NCBI GenBank assembly: GCA_041906785.1 | Contig: JAYRIM010000023.1 | Span: 129,985-193,984, forward strand | Length of the DNA stretch: 64,000 bases | Source of the DNA: Candidatus Levyibacteriota bacterium | GTDB lineage: Bacteria > Patescibacteriota > Microgenomatia > Levybacterales > UBA12049 | Reading direction: 5' to 3' | In this document: one piece after another, positions 17,191 through 27,160 of the stretch | Position numbering within the stretch: the stretch's first letter is position 1 | Layout: every line of letters begins with the position of its first letter | Position numbers and translations under genes: made by a program | Notes under the pieces: generated by a model | Told to the model about the DNA's origin: nothing | Seen by the model: the letters and a program-made list of their open reading frames with translations, nothing else | Databases searched by the model: none

Positions 17191-17607
17191 TTACTTTGCT
17201 GGTGTATCTTTTGTTTTTTGAGCTGCTTCAATCTTTGCTACAACTTCCTTCTTTACTGCTCCGATTGTTACACGCTTTCCACGCTTAGTACGTGCATTTG
17301 ATCGAGTTCTTTGTCCTCGCGAAGGAAGATTTCGACTATGTCGGACGCCTCTATACGCACCAATTTCTTTTAAGCGTCTGATATTCTCATGTACTTCTGC
17401 ACGGAGATCTCCTTCAATTTTTATATGCTCCAATGCATCTGTAATACGCTTGACCTCAGCTTCTGTAAGCGTCTTTGCTCTTTTAGAAGCATCTATTTCT
17501 GCTTTTTTAAGAATACCCCTGACATTGCTTCTTCCTATACCGTATAAGTATGTAAGAGCGATGTCAATCCTTTTTTCGTCTGGTATATTTGCGCCTAATA
17601 CTCTCAT
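17191..17607 (-). CDS. rpsM: 30S ribosomal protein S13
   Basis: 138 aa; MRVLGANIPDEKRIDIALTYLYGIGRSN start, as in S13. Confidence 0.9.
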   Translation of the reverse strand: MRVLGANIPDEKRIDIALTYLYGIGRSNVRGILKKAEIDASKRAKTLTEAEVKRITDALEHIKIEGDLRAEVHENIRRLKEIGAYRGVRHSRNLPSRGQRTRSNARTKRGKRVTIGAVKKEVVAKIEAAQKTKDTPAK

Positions 17608-17755
17608 TGTATGTTACAGATTAATCCTAATTATTTTGCTATTTTAGCATATTCGGATTAATTCGGATGCGAGAATATCTTCCAAACGTATTCTCCTCAT
17701 ACGAATTACTACGAATTAGAAGAACAAGAATGCATAATTCGGATGCATTCGTAGT

Positions 17756-17869
17756 TCAACCTTGTCTTTGTTTATGTTTTGCTGTTTTGCACACGATAAA
17801 CACAACACCTTTTCGTCGGATAATTTTACAATTTTTGCATCGAGGTTTTACGCTTGCTTGAACTTTCAT
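17756..17869 (-). CDS. rpmJ: 50S ribosomal protein L36 (found by hand; below the ORF-track size cut-off)
   Basis: The minus strand encodes [37 protein letters not shown], which has the L36 zinc-ribbon signature and sits in the canonical position between infA and rpsM. Confidence 0.85.
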   Translation of the reverse strand: MKVQASVKPRCKNCKIIRRKGVVFIVCKTAKHKQRQG

Positions 17870-17870
17870 A

Positions 17871-18089
17871 TTATCTTGTTCTCTTAATAATTCTTCCTTT
17901 AGTCGGATCGTACTTTGTCATTTCGATCCTAACTCTATCACCAGGTAAGATACGAATAAAATTCATTCTCATTTTACCTGATAGATGACATAATACTATT
18001 GTTCCATCCTCTAGCTCAACACGAAAAAGTGTATTGGGCAATGCTTCTTTTACAATTCCATCTACTTCAATTGAGCCCTGATGAGCCAT
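17871..18089 (-). CDS. infA: translation initiation factor IF-1
   Basis: The conserved IF-1 S1-like domain starts at [29 protein letters not shown]. The tracked ORF extends to 18125 through an upstream in-frame ATG that is probably not used. Confidence 0.8.
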   Translation of the reverse strand: MAHQGSIEVDGIVKEALPNTLFRVELEDGTIVLCHLSGKMRMNFIRILPGDRVRIEMTKYDPTKGRIIKRTR

Positions 18090-18282
18090 ATGACACGAAA
18101 CACACGAATAAAACTTCCCATTCACTTGCTATTTCTTGTTTCGAGAGCGAGGTGATCGTAGAAGACTCAATCTCAACTCGCGAATGTCGCGAAACGCGTT
18201 TGACGCGTCGAACAGGCAGAATAAGAAAGCATATTCGTGTCTTACGGGATATTATAGCAAACCAGCCTGGAAAGAGCAAACG

Positions 18283-19086
18283 TTATTTTGTCAAAATTAG
18301 TGGTCCCTCCTTCATAATCGCCAGGGATCTCTCGAAAACAGCAGAAAGACTTCCATCTGCTGTTTTTATCGTCCAATCATCAGTTCCGGCATAAACTACA
18401 TCCGGTCCTCCCATGTTATAGATCACTTCAATTGCTATGGTCATTCCTTCTCGAAGAAGAGGAGTTTTAGCTATTGGTTGGTCTAAAAACCCTGGTACTT
18501 CAGGTTCTTCATGGAGCTCTTTTCCAACTCCATGTCCGATAAGTGTTCTCACAATGGAATAGTGACCTTCATCTTCAACGATATCTTGTATTGCTTTTGA
18601 GATATGCCCAATACGATTACCTAATACTGCCTGCGCAATACCAGCATCTAATGCTTTCTTACCAATTTCTAAAAACTTTTCCTTTTCTCCAAAACTTTTA
18701 ACTTTTTCGGCCAGAGGCTGATACGCCTTAGGCGGAGACTTTTGACTTTCAACTATGGCTGTTTCGGCCATATCCGTGTGATAACCTTTATAAAAAACTC
18801 CACAATCAATACAGACAACATCTCCGTCTTTAAAGGTATATGAAGATGGTATTCCGTGAACTACTACATCATTTGTACACGCACAAATCGTGTGATGGTA
18901 TCCATCAACCTTCTTAAACCCTGGTTCCCCACCTCTTTCTCGTATCAATTTCTCTGCTAACGTATCTATTTCAAGCTCTGAAATTCCAGGCTTAACCTGT
19001 TCCATAACTTTCCGTAACACATCAGCGAGAATGGCCCCACCTTGTTTCATAATCTTAATCTCTTCAGATGTTTTAATATCAATCAT
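18283..19086 (-). CDS. map: methionine aminopeptidase type I
   Basis: 267 aa; pita-bread fold motifs with the metal ligands (DGYHHT..., ...GHGVGKELHEEP). Confidence 0.9.
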   Translation of the reverse strand: MIDIKTSEEIKIMKQGGAILADVLRKVMEQVKPGISELEIDTLAEKLIRERGGEPGFKKVDGYHHTICACTNDVVVHGIPSSYTFKDGDVVCIDCGVFYKGYHTDMAETAIVESQKSPPKAYQPLAEKVKSFGEKEKFLEIGKKALDAGIAQAVLGNRIGHISKAIQDIVEDEGHYSIVRTLIGHGVGKELHEEPEVPGFLDQPIAKTPLLREGMTIAIEVIYNMGGPDVVYAGTDDWTIKTADGSLSAVFERSLAIMKEGPLILTK

Positions 19087-19778
19087 ATAAGGTTTCTTTT
19101 CTGCAACTCTGTTATTATTATACCTAATGTCTGACGTTCTGTTAGATCTGAATTATCAATTATAAAGTACCCAAATTTCTCAGGTTCGGTTGTTAATGGT
19201 GAAAGCTTACGAGTTGAATCCCTATAATCTCTTTCTTTTATTTTCTGTACAACTTGAGTAAAACTGAAATCCTCACCTTTTTGTCTATACTGCATAAATC
19301 TTCTTTGTGCTCTGACGTCTAAACGAGCTGTCAAATATATTTTCATAGGTGAATGAGGAAAAACGGTTGTTCCCATATCTCGCCCTTCTGCTACAACAAT
19401 TTTCCCCTGTTCAATATATGTATCCGCAAGCTTTCTTTGTAATTCTGCAAGCTTTTCTCGGACTTTTCGTATAACGCCAAGACGAGATGCCATAGCTGCA
19501 ACTTCACTATTCCGGATAGAATCTGTAACAATTTTCCCATTTAGTAGTAATTCTCTCCCTTCTATATCTATCGTTATATCTGGTAGATTTTTGTTTACTG
19601 TTTCTTCGTCATCAATCTGTAAGCCTTTATCTAAAAAGTACAAGGCAACACAACGAAACATTGCTCCTGAATCTACATAAATCCCTTTTACTGCAGAAGC
19701 TAACATCGGCGCCAATGTGCCTTTCCCCGAACCTACTGGACCATCTATAGCTATGACAAAACCTTTTTTTCTTATCAT
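19083..19778 (-). CDS. cmk: cytidylate kinase
   Basis: IAIDGPVGSGKGT P-loop, YVDSGAMFR and YLTARLDVRAQRR motifs. Confidence 0.8.
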   Translation of the reverse strand: MIRKKGFVIAIDGPVGSGKGTLAPMLASAVKGIYVDSGAMFRCVALYFLDKGLQIDDEETVNKNLPDITIDIEGRELLLNGKIVTDSIRNSEVAAMASRLGVIRKVREKLAELQRKLADTYIEQGKIVVAEGRDMGTTVFPHSPMKIYLTARLDVRAQRRFMQYRQKGEDFSFTQVVQKIKERDYRDSTRKLSPLTTEPEKFGYFIIDNSDLTERQTLGIIITELQKRNLI

Positions 19779-19843
19779 ATAAAATGTACTAACTACATGA
19801 CTCTATAATGATTTTGAAAAACAATTGTGTGACATAAGAAGCA

Positions 19844-20416
19844 TTACACATGGAGTTTACTCATTATTTCTTTATGGATCTTCTCTATTGGCTGTTCTCC
19901 ATTTATTTCAATTAATAACCGTTTTCGGTGATAGTACTGTAAAACAGGTTGTGTATATTTATGAAACAGTTCTATACGATGACGGACAGCTGCTAAAGTT
20001 TCATCATCTCGTGCCTCTGTTTCATTCTCTTCACGGTATGATAACCGCCAAAGGGCTTCTCTATCAGAGACTTTTAAATATACAACATCGTCAATTTTTT
20101 CTGTAAATGCTTCAGTTTGTTTTATAGTTCGAGGAAATCCATCAAGAATATACCCATTTTTATATTCCGGACGCTGTAAATATTCAGTTACGATACGTAA
20201 TGTTTGGGTATCAGGGACCAATGTTCCTGCGTGAAGCAATTCCTTAATGTACCGACCAAGCTTCGTGTGTTCTTTAGCAATATCACGGAAAATATGACCT
20301 GTCGAGAGATAAGGAACATGAAGTTTTTTTGATAAAAGATTACCTTGCGTTGATTTTCCGGAACCTTGGATTCCAATAATAATTATTCTCGCTGGTGTAC
20401 GTATAGCATCAGTCAT
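19844..20416 (-). CDS. adk: adenylate kinase (short-lid form)
   Basis: IIIIGIQGSGKSTQG P-loop, GYILDGFPRT, and a short LID without Cys ligands. Confidence 0.85.
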   Translation of the reverse strand: MTDAIRTPARIIIIGIQGSGKSTQGNLLSKKLHVPYLSTGHIFRDIAKEHTKLGRYIKELLHAGTLVPDTQTLRIVTEYLQRPEYKNGYILDGFPRTIKQTEAFTEKIDDVVYLKVSDREALWRLSYREENETEARDDETLAAVRHRIELFHKYTQPVLQYYHRKRLLIEINGEQPIEKIHKEIMSKLHV

Positions 20417-20421
20417 GAGTA

Positions 20422-21711
20422 TTATCTTCTCAAGAATTCTTCATAATTGCGACTAACGAGACTAGCTTCTATCGATTTAAACATTTCTAGGACAACACTA
20501 ACCACGATCAGTACACCTGTACCTCCTAGTAATAAGGTTTGGGAATTAGTAATTGTTTGGGCTATCGAAGGGAAAACGGCAATAACACCAAGGAATAATG
20601 CACCTACTAAAGTAATTCTATTCAAAATATAATTCAGATATTTCGCTGTCTGTGAACCAGGACGGATACCTGGAATAAACCCGCCATATTTTTGAATTTC
20701 TTCAGCGATTTTAGTTGGATTAAATACGACAGCTGTATAGAAATAGGTAAATGCTACTACTAACGTGAAGTAGATAGCATTATAAGGAATTCCTTTTGGT
20801 GCAAACCAGAGCGTTAATGTTTGGCCGATACTGCTCAAGTTTTTATCAGGAGAGGTGACTAAATAATTCCCGAGAAGTGAAGGAATGAGAACAAGAGAAA
20901 CTGCAAAGATAATTGGAATGACACCTGCTTGATTAAGACGAAGAGGCAAATGTGTCGATTGCCCACCTAACATTTTACTTCCCCGTACACGTTTCGCATA
21001 ATACACAGTAATTTGGCGTGTGGCCTCATTTACTACAATGACTGAGGCAATCATGGCAACTCCAAGTAACGCATATATAACAATATTGACAGCATTTTCA
21101 GCTGTAACTGTTGATGCTGTCTGGCCAAGCAATACCGGCAATCTACCTACAATTCCTGCGAATATAAGCACAGACGTACCATTTCCCACCCCTCGCTCTG
21201 TAATCAATTCTCCAAGCCAAACAAGTAACATCGTACCTGCCACCATCGTGACGATAAATGATAATAAACCGAGTGGAGGAAGAGTCGTGATAATACCCTG
21301 ACTACGAAGTAATGCATACATGCCGATAGCTTGAAGCGCAGCTAATGGAACGGTAATGAAACGAGTGTATTGGTTAATCTTTCGTCTTCCTTGCTCACCT
21401 TCTTTAGACAACTCCTCAAGTTTAGGAAAAATCATAGTCAAAAGTTGTAAAATAATCGAGGCATTAATGTATGGATTTAACCCCAATGCCATTATAGAAA
21501 AGTTGGCCAGTGTTCCGCCTGAGAATATATCCAATAACCCAAGGAATTGGTTCTGGCTAAATAAATTACGGAGCTGGGCTACATTTACTCCTGCAACGGG
21601 AACGTATGCGAATAATCTAAAAAAGAAAAATATCATTACAGTAAACAGAATTTTTTTCCGTATATCAGGAGTTTTTAAACTGTTGCGAAGAGTGCGAATA
21701 GCGTCATTCAT
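20422..21711 (-). CDS. secY: preprotein translocase subunit SecY
   Basis: 429 aa with 10 TM helices and conserved SecY blocks ([26 protein letters not shown]). Confidence 0.9.
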   Translation of the reverse strand: MNDAIRTLRNSLKTPDIRKKILFTVMIFFFFRLFAYVPVAGVNVAQLRNLFSQNQFLGLLDIFSGGTLANFSIMALGLNPYINASIILQLLTMIFPKLEELSKEGEQGRRKINQYTRFITVPLAALQAIGMYALLRSQGIITTLPPLGLLSFIVTMVAGTMLLVWLGELITERGVGNGTSVLIFAGIVGRLPVLLGQTASTVTAENAVNIVIYALLGVAMIASVIVVNEATRQITVYYAKRVRGSKMLGGQSTHLPLRLNQAGVIPIIFAVSLVLIPSLLGNYLVTSPDKNLSSIGQTLTLWFAPKGIPYNAIYFTLVVAFTYFYTAVVFNPTKIAEEIQKYGGFIPGIRPGSQTAKYLNYILNRITLVGALFLGVIAVFPSIAQTITNSQTLLLGGTGVLIVVSVVLEMFKSIEASLVSRNYEEFLRR

Positions 21712-21760
21712 GGATTAAAAATACGAACGATATAAGCTATCTAGAAACTGCTTACATCGA

Positions 21761-22204
21761 TTATACTGTCGTTTCGATAGTTCCGCCTGCTTTTTTAATT
21801 TTATCAGCAGCAGATTGTGAAACTGGAATTCTTATAGTGTATGCAGCTGTTACTTCACCATGACCTAATAGTTTAACTCCTCTGGTACGAGCTTCGTCTG
21901 AAACAATGCGTTGTTTAATCAAAACCTCTATATCAACAACACCTTTTGCAGATAAACGAGCCAAATCATCTAAATTAATGACCACAGGTTTTTGCTGAAG
22001 GGATTTATTACGATCTTTACCTCTAAGAAAAGGCATACGTTTTACGAGAGGAAGCGCTCCTCCTTCAAAGCGGAGAGGAATATCATTTCGTGCTTTTTGA
22101 CCCTTTGTACCCCTTCCTGCGGTCTTTCCACGGCCTGAACCATGGCCTAACCCAAGACGTTTCTTTCTTTGAGATACTACTGATGGTAAAAAATGTAATT
22201 CCAT
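21761..22204 (-). CDS. rplO: 50S ribosomal protein L15
   Basis: 147 aa; G-rich N-terminus (GHGSGRGKTAGRGTKGQKAR). Confidence 0.9.
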   Translation of the reverse strand: MELHFLPSVVSQRKKRLGLGHGSGRGKTAGRGTKGQKARNDIPLRFEGGALPLVKRMPFLRGKDRNKSLQQKPVVINLDDLARLSAKGVVDIEVLIKQRIVSDEARTRGVKLLGHGEVTAAYTIRIPVSQSAADKIKKAGGTIETTV

Positions 22205-22719
22205 TATTTATTTTTCTCCTTTTTCGTATTTCTCATGCGCTCATACCGCTGTGAAACCTGACGAAGAGCTTCGATTGTAGCATAAACATTATTGGCTTGA
22301 TTTTTTGTACCGAGAACTTTACTTGAAATATTTTGAATACCTGCCGCCGCGACAACACTTCGTACTGCACCGCCGGCAATAATTCCTGAACCTGGAGGTG
22401 CTGGTTTCAACATCACTTTTGCCGCACCTACTTTCACATCTACTCGTAATGGGATGGTTCCGTTAATAATAGGGACATAGAGCATATGTTTCCTAGCTAA
22501 CGTGATACCTTTTCGGATTGCAGATGAAACATCCATCGCTTTCCCCAATCCGATTCCTACTCTTCCATTTTTATCTCCTACAACAGCTAAAGCTGCAAAT
22601 CCCATTTTATTTCCACCTTTCGTCTTTTTAGAAACACGATTAATATTCACAACCTGTTCAGAAAAACCTGATTGGATATCTGTTTCTTTTTGCATAAGTT
22701 TACTATCTCGATTATTCAT
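22204..22719 (-). CDS. rpsE: 30S ribosomal protein S5
   Basis: 171 aa. Its stop overlaps the rplO start (TAATG), leaving no room for rpmD. Confidence 0.9.
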   Translation of the reverse strand: MNNRDSKLMQKETDIQSGFSEQVVNINRVSKKTKGGNKMGFAALAVVGDKNGRVGIGLGKAMDVSSAIRKGITLARKHMLYVPIINGTIPLRVDVKVGAAKVMLKPAPPGSGIIAGGAVRSVVAAAGIQNISSKVLGTKNQANNVYATIEALRQVSQRYERMRNTKKEKNK

Positions 22720-22731
22720 ATGTGTTACAAA

Positions 22732-23073
22732 TTAGAATTGTAATCCTCCTTCTCTTGCTCCTTCTGCGAGAGCTTTTATTTTACCATGATACGCATAACT
22801 TCCTTTATCAAAAACTACTGCTGTAACTTTTTTTGCTTTAGCAAGTTCTGCTAATTTTAAACCTAGCTTTTTTGCTTTCTCAACACCTGTTCCTGTCTTC
22901 TCTGAAAGAACCTTATCCATAACACTTACCAGTGTTTTCCCAGCCTTATCATCAATGATTTGTGCATATAAATGCTTATTTGACCTGAACACCGATAAAC
23001 GAGCTCTATCAGAAACGATACGTATATTCTTTCGAATCCTTGTTTGACGTTGTTTTTTTCTATTATTATTCAT
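22732..23073 (-). CDS. rplR: 50S ribosomal protein L18
   Basis: 113 aa; conserved L18 sequence (RLSVFRSNKHLYAQIIDD). Confidence 0.9.
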   Translation of the reverse strand: MNNNRKKQRQTRIRKNIRIVSDRARLSVFRSNKHLYAQIIDDKAGKTLVSVMDKVLSEKTGTGVEKAKKLGLKLAELAKAKKVTAVVFDKGSYAYHGKIKALAEGAREGGLQF

Positions 23074-23083
23074 AATTTTTAAT

Positions 23084-23635
23084 TTACTTGGTTCCTACAG
23101 CCTTCGCTGCTTTTCCTACTTTTCGTTTAACTTGTTCTCCTTTATATCTAATACCTTTTCCTTTATATGGCTCTGGTGGTTTAATGGCTCGAATTTTTGC
23201 AGCTGTTTCTCCGACTAACATTTTATCTGCTCCAGAAACGGTAATAATATTTTCATCAACTGCAATCTTAACCGTCGCATGAGGTTTGAATTTTACAGGA
23301 TGAGAAAATCCAAGTGATAACACAAGATCATTCCCTTGAACTTGGGCTCTATACCCGACACCCTGTAACTCAAGTTTCTTTTCAAAACCTGTATCTACAC
23401 CTTTAATCATATTTGCAAGTTGTGCTCGAGCTAAACCATATAGTGCTCTAACTTGACGATCATTTGTCTCCTTTTGTGAAAGTACAACTTTTCCATCTAC
23501 TACACTAGCATTAATACCAGCTGGTAAGGTAAATAAAGCCTCACCTTTCGTACCGGTAACTTTTACCATATTACCCTCAATAGCTACTTGCACGCTTGAT
23601 TTTACTTCTATTGGTGTCTTTCCTATTTTTGACAT
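23084..23635 (-). CDS. rplF: 50S ribosomal protein L6
   Basis: 183 aa; MSKIGKTPIEV start, as in L6. Confidence 0.9.
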   Translation of the reverse strand: MSKIGKTPIEVKSSVQVAIEGNMVKVTGTKGEALFTLPAGINASVVDGKVVLSQKETNDRQVRALYGLARAQLANMIKGVDTGFEKKLELQGVGYRAQVQGNDLVLSLGFSHPVKFKPHATVKIAVDENIITVSGADKMLVGETAAKIRAIKPPEPYKGKGIRYKGEQVKRKVGKAAKAVGTK

Positions 23636-23637
23636 AC

Positions 23638-24027
23638 TTACCAGATCTTAAAAAGAAGTTCTCCACCCACTCCTTTTTTAAGAGCCTCCTTTCCTGTCAT
23701 AATTCCGTTACTCGTCGAAATAATTGCAGTTAAAGATCGCTCTTTATCTTGTTTTATATCTGTATTATCTACATAAACACGAACAGAAGGCTTTGAAATA
23801 ATCCTGATATCATGCATGGCTGGCCGTCGGTTCTCATATCTTAACTGTGCAACAAGTGCTTTTTTTCCATCTGTGTCCTGTTCAACAACGCCGGCCAAAT
23901 AACCTTCCTTTACCAATACTTGTGCTATGGCCTTATTAATTTTTGAAAAAGGCATAGTGACCTGTTTTTGTCTAGCTAGATATGCATTTTTAATTCGAAC
24001 GATAAAATCGCCTACTTGATAATTCAT
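23638..24027 (-). CDS. rpsH: 30S ribosomal protein S8
   Basis: 129 aa; conserved S8 sequence. Confidence 0.9.
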   Translation of the reverse strand: MNYQVGDFIVRIKNAYLARQKQVTMPFSKINKAIAQVLVKEGYLAGVVEQDTDGKKALVAQLRYENRRPAMHDIRIISKPSVRVYVDNTDIKQDKERSLTAIISTSNGIMTGKEALKKGVGGELLFKIW

Positions 24028-24035
24028 AGTTCAGT

Positions 24036-24221
24036 TTACCAGGTCGATTTGATTACTCCTGGTAATTCTCCTTTCATTGCAAGTTCGCGGAAACACATTC
24101 TGCACAATCCGAATCTTCGGAAGTAAGCACGTGATCTTCCACAAATACCACACCGGTTTACATTCCGGACTGCATATTTTTGTTTTTTCTTAAATTTAAC
24201 AATATCTGATGTTTTAGCCAT
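24036..24221 (-). CDS. rpsZ: 30S ribosomal protein S14, zinc-binding type Z
   Basis: 61 aa starting [30 protein letters not shown]...CRMCFRE (a C4 zinc knuckle). The tracked ORF has a 5-aa upstream extension to 24236. Confidence 0.85.
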   Translation of the reverse strand: MAKTSDIVKFKKKQKYAVRNVNRCGICGRSRAYFRRFGLCRMCFRELAMKGELPGVIKSTW

Positions 24222-24283
24222 AATAAAATTACGCACAAATTATACCATTCCTCATAGCGAATGTCGATCTACTTTATAGAAAG

Positions 24284-24823
24284 CTACTTCTGAAATGGTA
24301 TCCCAAGTGCTTTTAATAAGGTTATACCTCGTTCGTTTGTTTTTGCATTCGTGACAAAAATAACCTCTAACCCCTGTAATCTATCTACAGTACCCAAATC
24401 AATCTCTGGAAAAACAGAATACTCTCTGAAACCTAATGCATAATTTCCTCTTCCATCAAAACTGTCTTTACTAACACCATGGAAATCTTTAACACGTGGT
24501 AAAACGATTTTCGTCAAACGCTCCATGAAATCATACATTTTTTTACCTCGCAAGGTCACTGTTACACCTATTGGATCTCCTTGTCGAAGCTTAAATGATG
24601 CGATAGATTTCTTAGCACGTGCGACTTTCGGCCGTTGTCCAGCAATAGTTGTAACAACAGTTACCATTTTATCAATAAGCTTTTTATCACTTGTCGCATC
24701 TTTTACTCCCATGTTAATCACAATTTTTTCAAGCCGCGGAGTAGCCATAACATTTGTAATATGCAAATCTTTCTGTAATTGTGGAATAATTTCTTGTTTA
24801 TATTTTTTCTGTAATTGTGTCAT
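24284..24823 (-). CDS. rplE: 50S ribosomal protein L5
   Basis: 179 aa; conserved L5 sequence. Confidence 0.9.
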   Translation of the reverse strand: MTQLQKKYKQEIIPQLQKDLHITNVMATPRLEKIVINMGVKDATSDKKLIDKMVTVVTTIAGQRPKVARAKKSIASFKLRQGDPIGVTVTLRGKKMYDFMERLTKIVLPRVKDFHGVSKDSFDGRGNYALGFREYSVFPEIDLGTVDRLQGLEVIFVTNAKTNERGITLLKALGIPFQK

Positions 24824-24826
24824 ATG

Positions 24827-25144
24827 TTACTTTCCTTCACCTATCTCTGCATTACATTTCCTGCAAATTCGTACTTTTTTACCATCTTTCAGAAGGTATC
24901 CTACACGTGTCTGCTTTTTGCACTTAGGGCAGACAAGTGCAACTTGAGAAATAGGCAGAGGTTTTGTAATTGTTACGATTTCAGATTGCTGACCTTGGGC
25001 TCGTGCTTTTACATGTCTTTTATACTGGTTTACTCCAGGCACTAATACACGCATCTCTTTTTCAAAAACTTTCTCAATTTTGCCAGTTTTTCCGGCATCT
25101 TTTCCTAATAAAATTTTTACCTCATCACCTTTTAGTAATTTCAT
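24827..25144 (-). CDS. rplX: 50S ribosomal protein L24 with a C-terminal C4 zinc-ribbon extension
   Basis: KOW domain (MKLLKGDEVKILLGKDAGKTGKI) followed by CPKCKK...RICRKCN. Confidence 0.85.
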   Translation of the reverse strand: MKLLKGDEVKILLGKDAGKTGKIEKVFEKEMRVLVPGVNQYKRHVKARAQGQQSEIVTITKPLPISQVALVCPKCKKQTRVGYLLKDGKKVRICRKCNAEIGEGK

Positions 25145-25147
25145 AGT

Positions 25148-25522
25148 TTATACAACCTCCACCGCCATACTTGCTATTTTCGTAAATCCTTTATCACGCA
25201 CTTCTCGAGGAATTGGTCCAAAAATACGTGTACCGCGAGGATTTTTATCTTTTTCATTGTCAATGATAACCGCTGCATTATCTGAAAATCTAACATATGA
25301 CCCATCTTTACGTCGGTATTCTTTTCGTGTTCTGACTACGACTGCTTTTACAAGTTCGCTATCTTTCACTTGACCATGAGGTGTAGCTACTTTAACAACG
25401 CAATTGACAATATCACCAATATGGCCAAACTTACGTTTCGATCCGCCAAATATATGCACTACAGAGAGTGCTTTTGCTCCTGAGTTGTCCGCAACTGATA
25501 ATATCGTTCGTAACTGTATCAT
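25148..25522 (-). CDS. rplN: 50S ribosomal protein L14
   Basis: 124 aa; [17 protein letters not shown] start, as in L14. Confidence 0.9.
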   Translation of the reverse strand: MIQLRTILSVADNSGAKALSVVHIFGGSKRKFGHIGDIVNCVVKVATPHGQVKDSELVKAVVVRTRKEYRRKDGSYVRFSDNAAVIIDNEKDKNPRGTRIFGPIPREVRDKGFTKIASMAVEVV

Positions 25523-25812
25523 ACTTTTTCCTCCTTAACCTTTTTTTCTTTAACTGTTTTCTCAGCTTTTCCGGCTTTTACTTGATCTTTTCCTGAAATA
25601 ACATGATGAATTGTTTTTGATAATGGACGAGTTTCTGCAATCGAAACTGTATCACCAACTTGGACATCATGCCCGTTTACAGCAACTCTATATTTCTTAC
25701 TGCGTGTTAATAATTTTTTATATTTAGGATGTGGAATTTTTCTGGTTACTTCTACCACAACCGCTTGTGTCATTTTTGTTGATATTACCACTCCTTTAAG
25801 CGTTTTTGCCAT
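25519..25812 (-). CDS. rpsQ: 30S ribosomal protein S17
   Basis: 97 aa; conserved S17 sequence. Confidence 0.9.
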   Translation of the reverse strand: MAKTLKGVVISTKMTQAVVVEVTRKIPHPKYKKLLTRSKKYRVAVNGHDVQVGDTVSIAETRPLSKTIHHVISGKDQVKAGKAEKTVKEKKVKEEKV

Positions 25813-26014
25813 ATGATGCCAACTCCTTTCCTCTTAGGACTGTTTTCACACGAGCAATTACTGTTCGTAATGATCGCAACGTTCTAACATTTTTAATTTT
25901 TCCCCGAGAATGATCAAGACGAGCAGATGCTAATTCTTTTTGTGTATCCATAAGCATTTTCTTTAATTCCTCAATTGATTGTTCATGTAATTCTACTTTT
26001 TTTTCTTTCTTCAT
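25796..26014 (-). CDS. rpmC: 50S ribosomal protein L29
   Basis: 72 aa; conserved L29 sequence (LRTVIARVKTVL). Confidence 0.85.
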   Translation of the reverse strand: MKKEKKVELHEQSIEELKKMLMDTQKELASARLDHSRGKIKNVRTLRSLRTVIARVKTVLRGKELASYGKNA

Positions 26015-26018
26015 AGTG

Positions 26019-26432
26019 TTATTGTGCTTTCTTTTGTATTAACTTTGACCGAATTGGCAACTTATGCGCTGCACGTTTTAATGCTTCAACTGCAATGTCT
26101 GGAGTTACGCCACCAATTTCGAACATGATGCGTCCAGGTCGTACAGTCGCTACATATTCATGAACATCTCCTTTTCCTCCACCCATACGCACCTCTGGTG
26201 GTTTTTTCGTAATTGGTTTATCTGGAAAAATACGAATCCAGACTCTTCCACCTCGTTGCGTGTAGTGGGTAATAGCACGACGAGCAGATTCTATCTGTCT
26301 ACTTGAAATCCAGCCTGCATCTTCAGCGCTTAAACCATATTCCCCATACGCCAGTTCGACACCTCGGCTCGCATCGCCTCGCATCGTACCGCGCATTTGT
26401 TTTCTATATTTTACTCTTCTTGGTAATAACAT
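26019..26432 (-). CDS. rplP: 50S ribosomal protein L16
   Basis: The conserved L16 N-terminus [15 protein letters not shown] puts the start at 26432. The tracked ORF runs on to 26480 through the intergenic hairpin. Confidence 0.85.
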   Translation of the reverse strand: MLLPRRVKYRKQMRGTMRGDASRGVELAYGEYGLSAEDAGWISSRQIESARRAITHYTQRGGRVWIRIFPDKPITKKPPEVRMGGGKGDVHEYVATVRPGRIMFEIGGVTPDIAVEALKRAAHKLPIRSKLIQKKAQ

Positions 26433-26456
26433 ATTTTGAATTGAGATTTTAGAGTG

Positions 26457-26492
26457 GAGAATTGAGAATTTTAGTCTCAACTCTCAATTCTC
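26457..26492. repeat. perfect 11-bp inverted repeat (hairpin) in the rpsC-rplP spacer
   Basis: gagaattgaga - 14 nt - tctcaattctc. Flanking ttgagatttt / tcatttctcaatttt extend an imperfect palindrome across 26433-26503. Confidence 0.6.
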
Positions 26493-26503
26493 ATTTCTCA
26501 ATT

Positions 26504-27148
26504 TTATTTCCCTTCTGGTTTATGAATCCAAACTTTTATACCGATATATCCTTTTTTTGTTAAAGAAGGTGTGCTTGCAAAATCAATATTTTCTCGAATT
26601 GTTGATAACGGAACTGTACCGATTTGTATTTTTTCCCTTCGTCCAATTTCAGCTCCTGCGATGCGGCCAGATAGTAAAATTCTTACACCTTTTGCACCTG
26701 AACCCATTACACGCTCTGCAGCTTGATTCATAACTCTCTTAAATGGTAGACGTCTTTCTAACTGATCTGCGATATTTCTTGCTACTAAGTATGCATCTAG
26801 ATTTGGTTCCTTTATTGGTTCGACTCTAATATCAAGTTTTGGCATATGTTTCGTCTTTCTTTTAACGAAAAATGCATTAATAGTCTTTTTTAACTCTTCT
26901 AGTCCTGTTCCCGCTCTTCCGATAACAATTCCAGGCCTTGCTACATAGATCACAATTCGCAGACTGTTAATAGATCTCTCAAGCTCGATTTGTGATACTC
27001 CAGCATTTTTCAATTTCTCACGGAGCATCTTTCGAAGTAAAAAATCTTCTAGTACTGTATCTTTATAGTGTTTTTCATTAAACCATCTGCTGTTCCATTG
27101 AAAAACAGTTTGTAATCGTAATACATGTGGATTAACTTTTTGTCCCAT
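26504..27148 (-). CDS. rpsC: 30S ribosomal protein S3
   Basis: 214 aa; MGQKVNPHVLRLQ start and KH domain. Confidence 0.9.
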   Translation of the reverse strand: MGQKVNPHVLRLQTVFQWNSRWFNEKHYKDTVLEDFLLRKMLREKLKNAGVSQIELERSINSLRIVIYVARPGIVIGRAGTGLEELKKTINAFFVKRKTKHMPKLDIRVEPIKEPNLDAYLVARNIADQLERRLPFKRVMNQAAERVMGSGAKGVRILLSGRIAGAEIGRREKIQIGTVPLSTIRENIDFASTPSLTKKGYIGIKVWIHKPEGK

Positions 27149-27160
27149 ATTTCAATAGTA

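Noticed and set aside
26433-26480. The 16-aa N-terminal extension of the tracked rplP ORF ([16 protein letters not shown]), and analogous upstream in-frame ATGs for infA (17871-18125) and S14 (to 24236).
   Set aside because: The conserved N-termini (L16 [13 protein letters not shown]-1 MAHQGSIEV..., S14 MAKTSD) start downstream. For rplP the extension would read through the intergenic palindrome, so the shorter starts were used.
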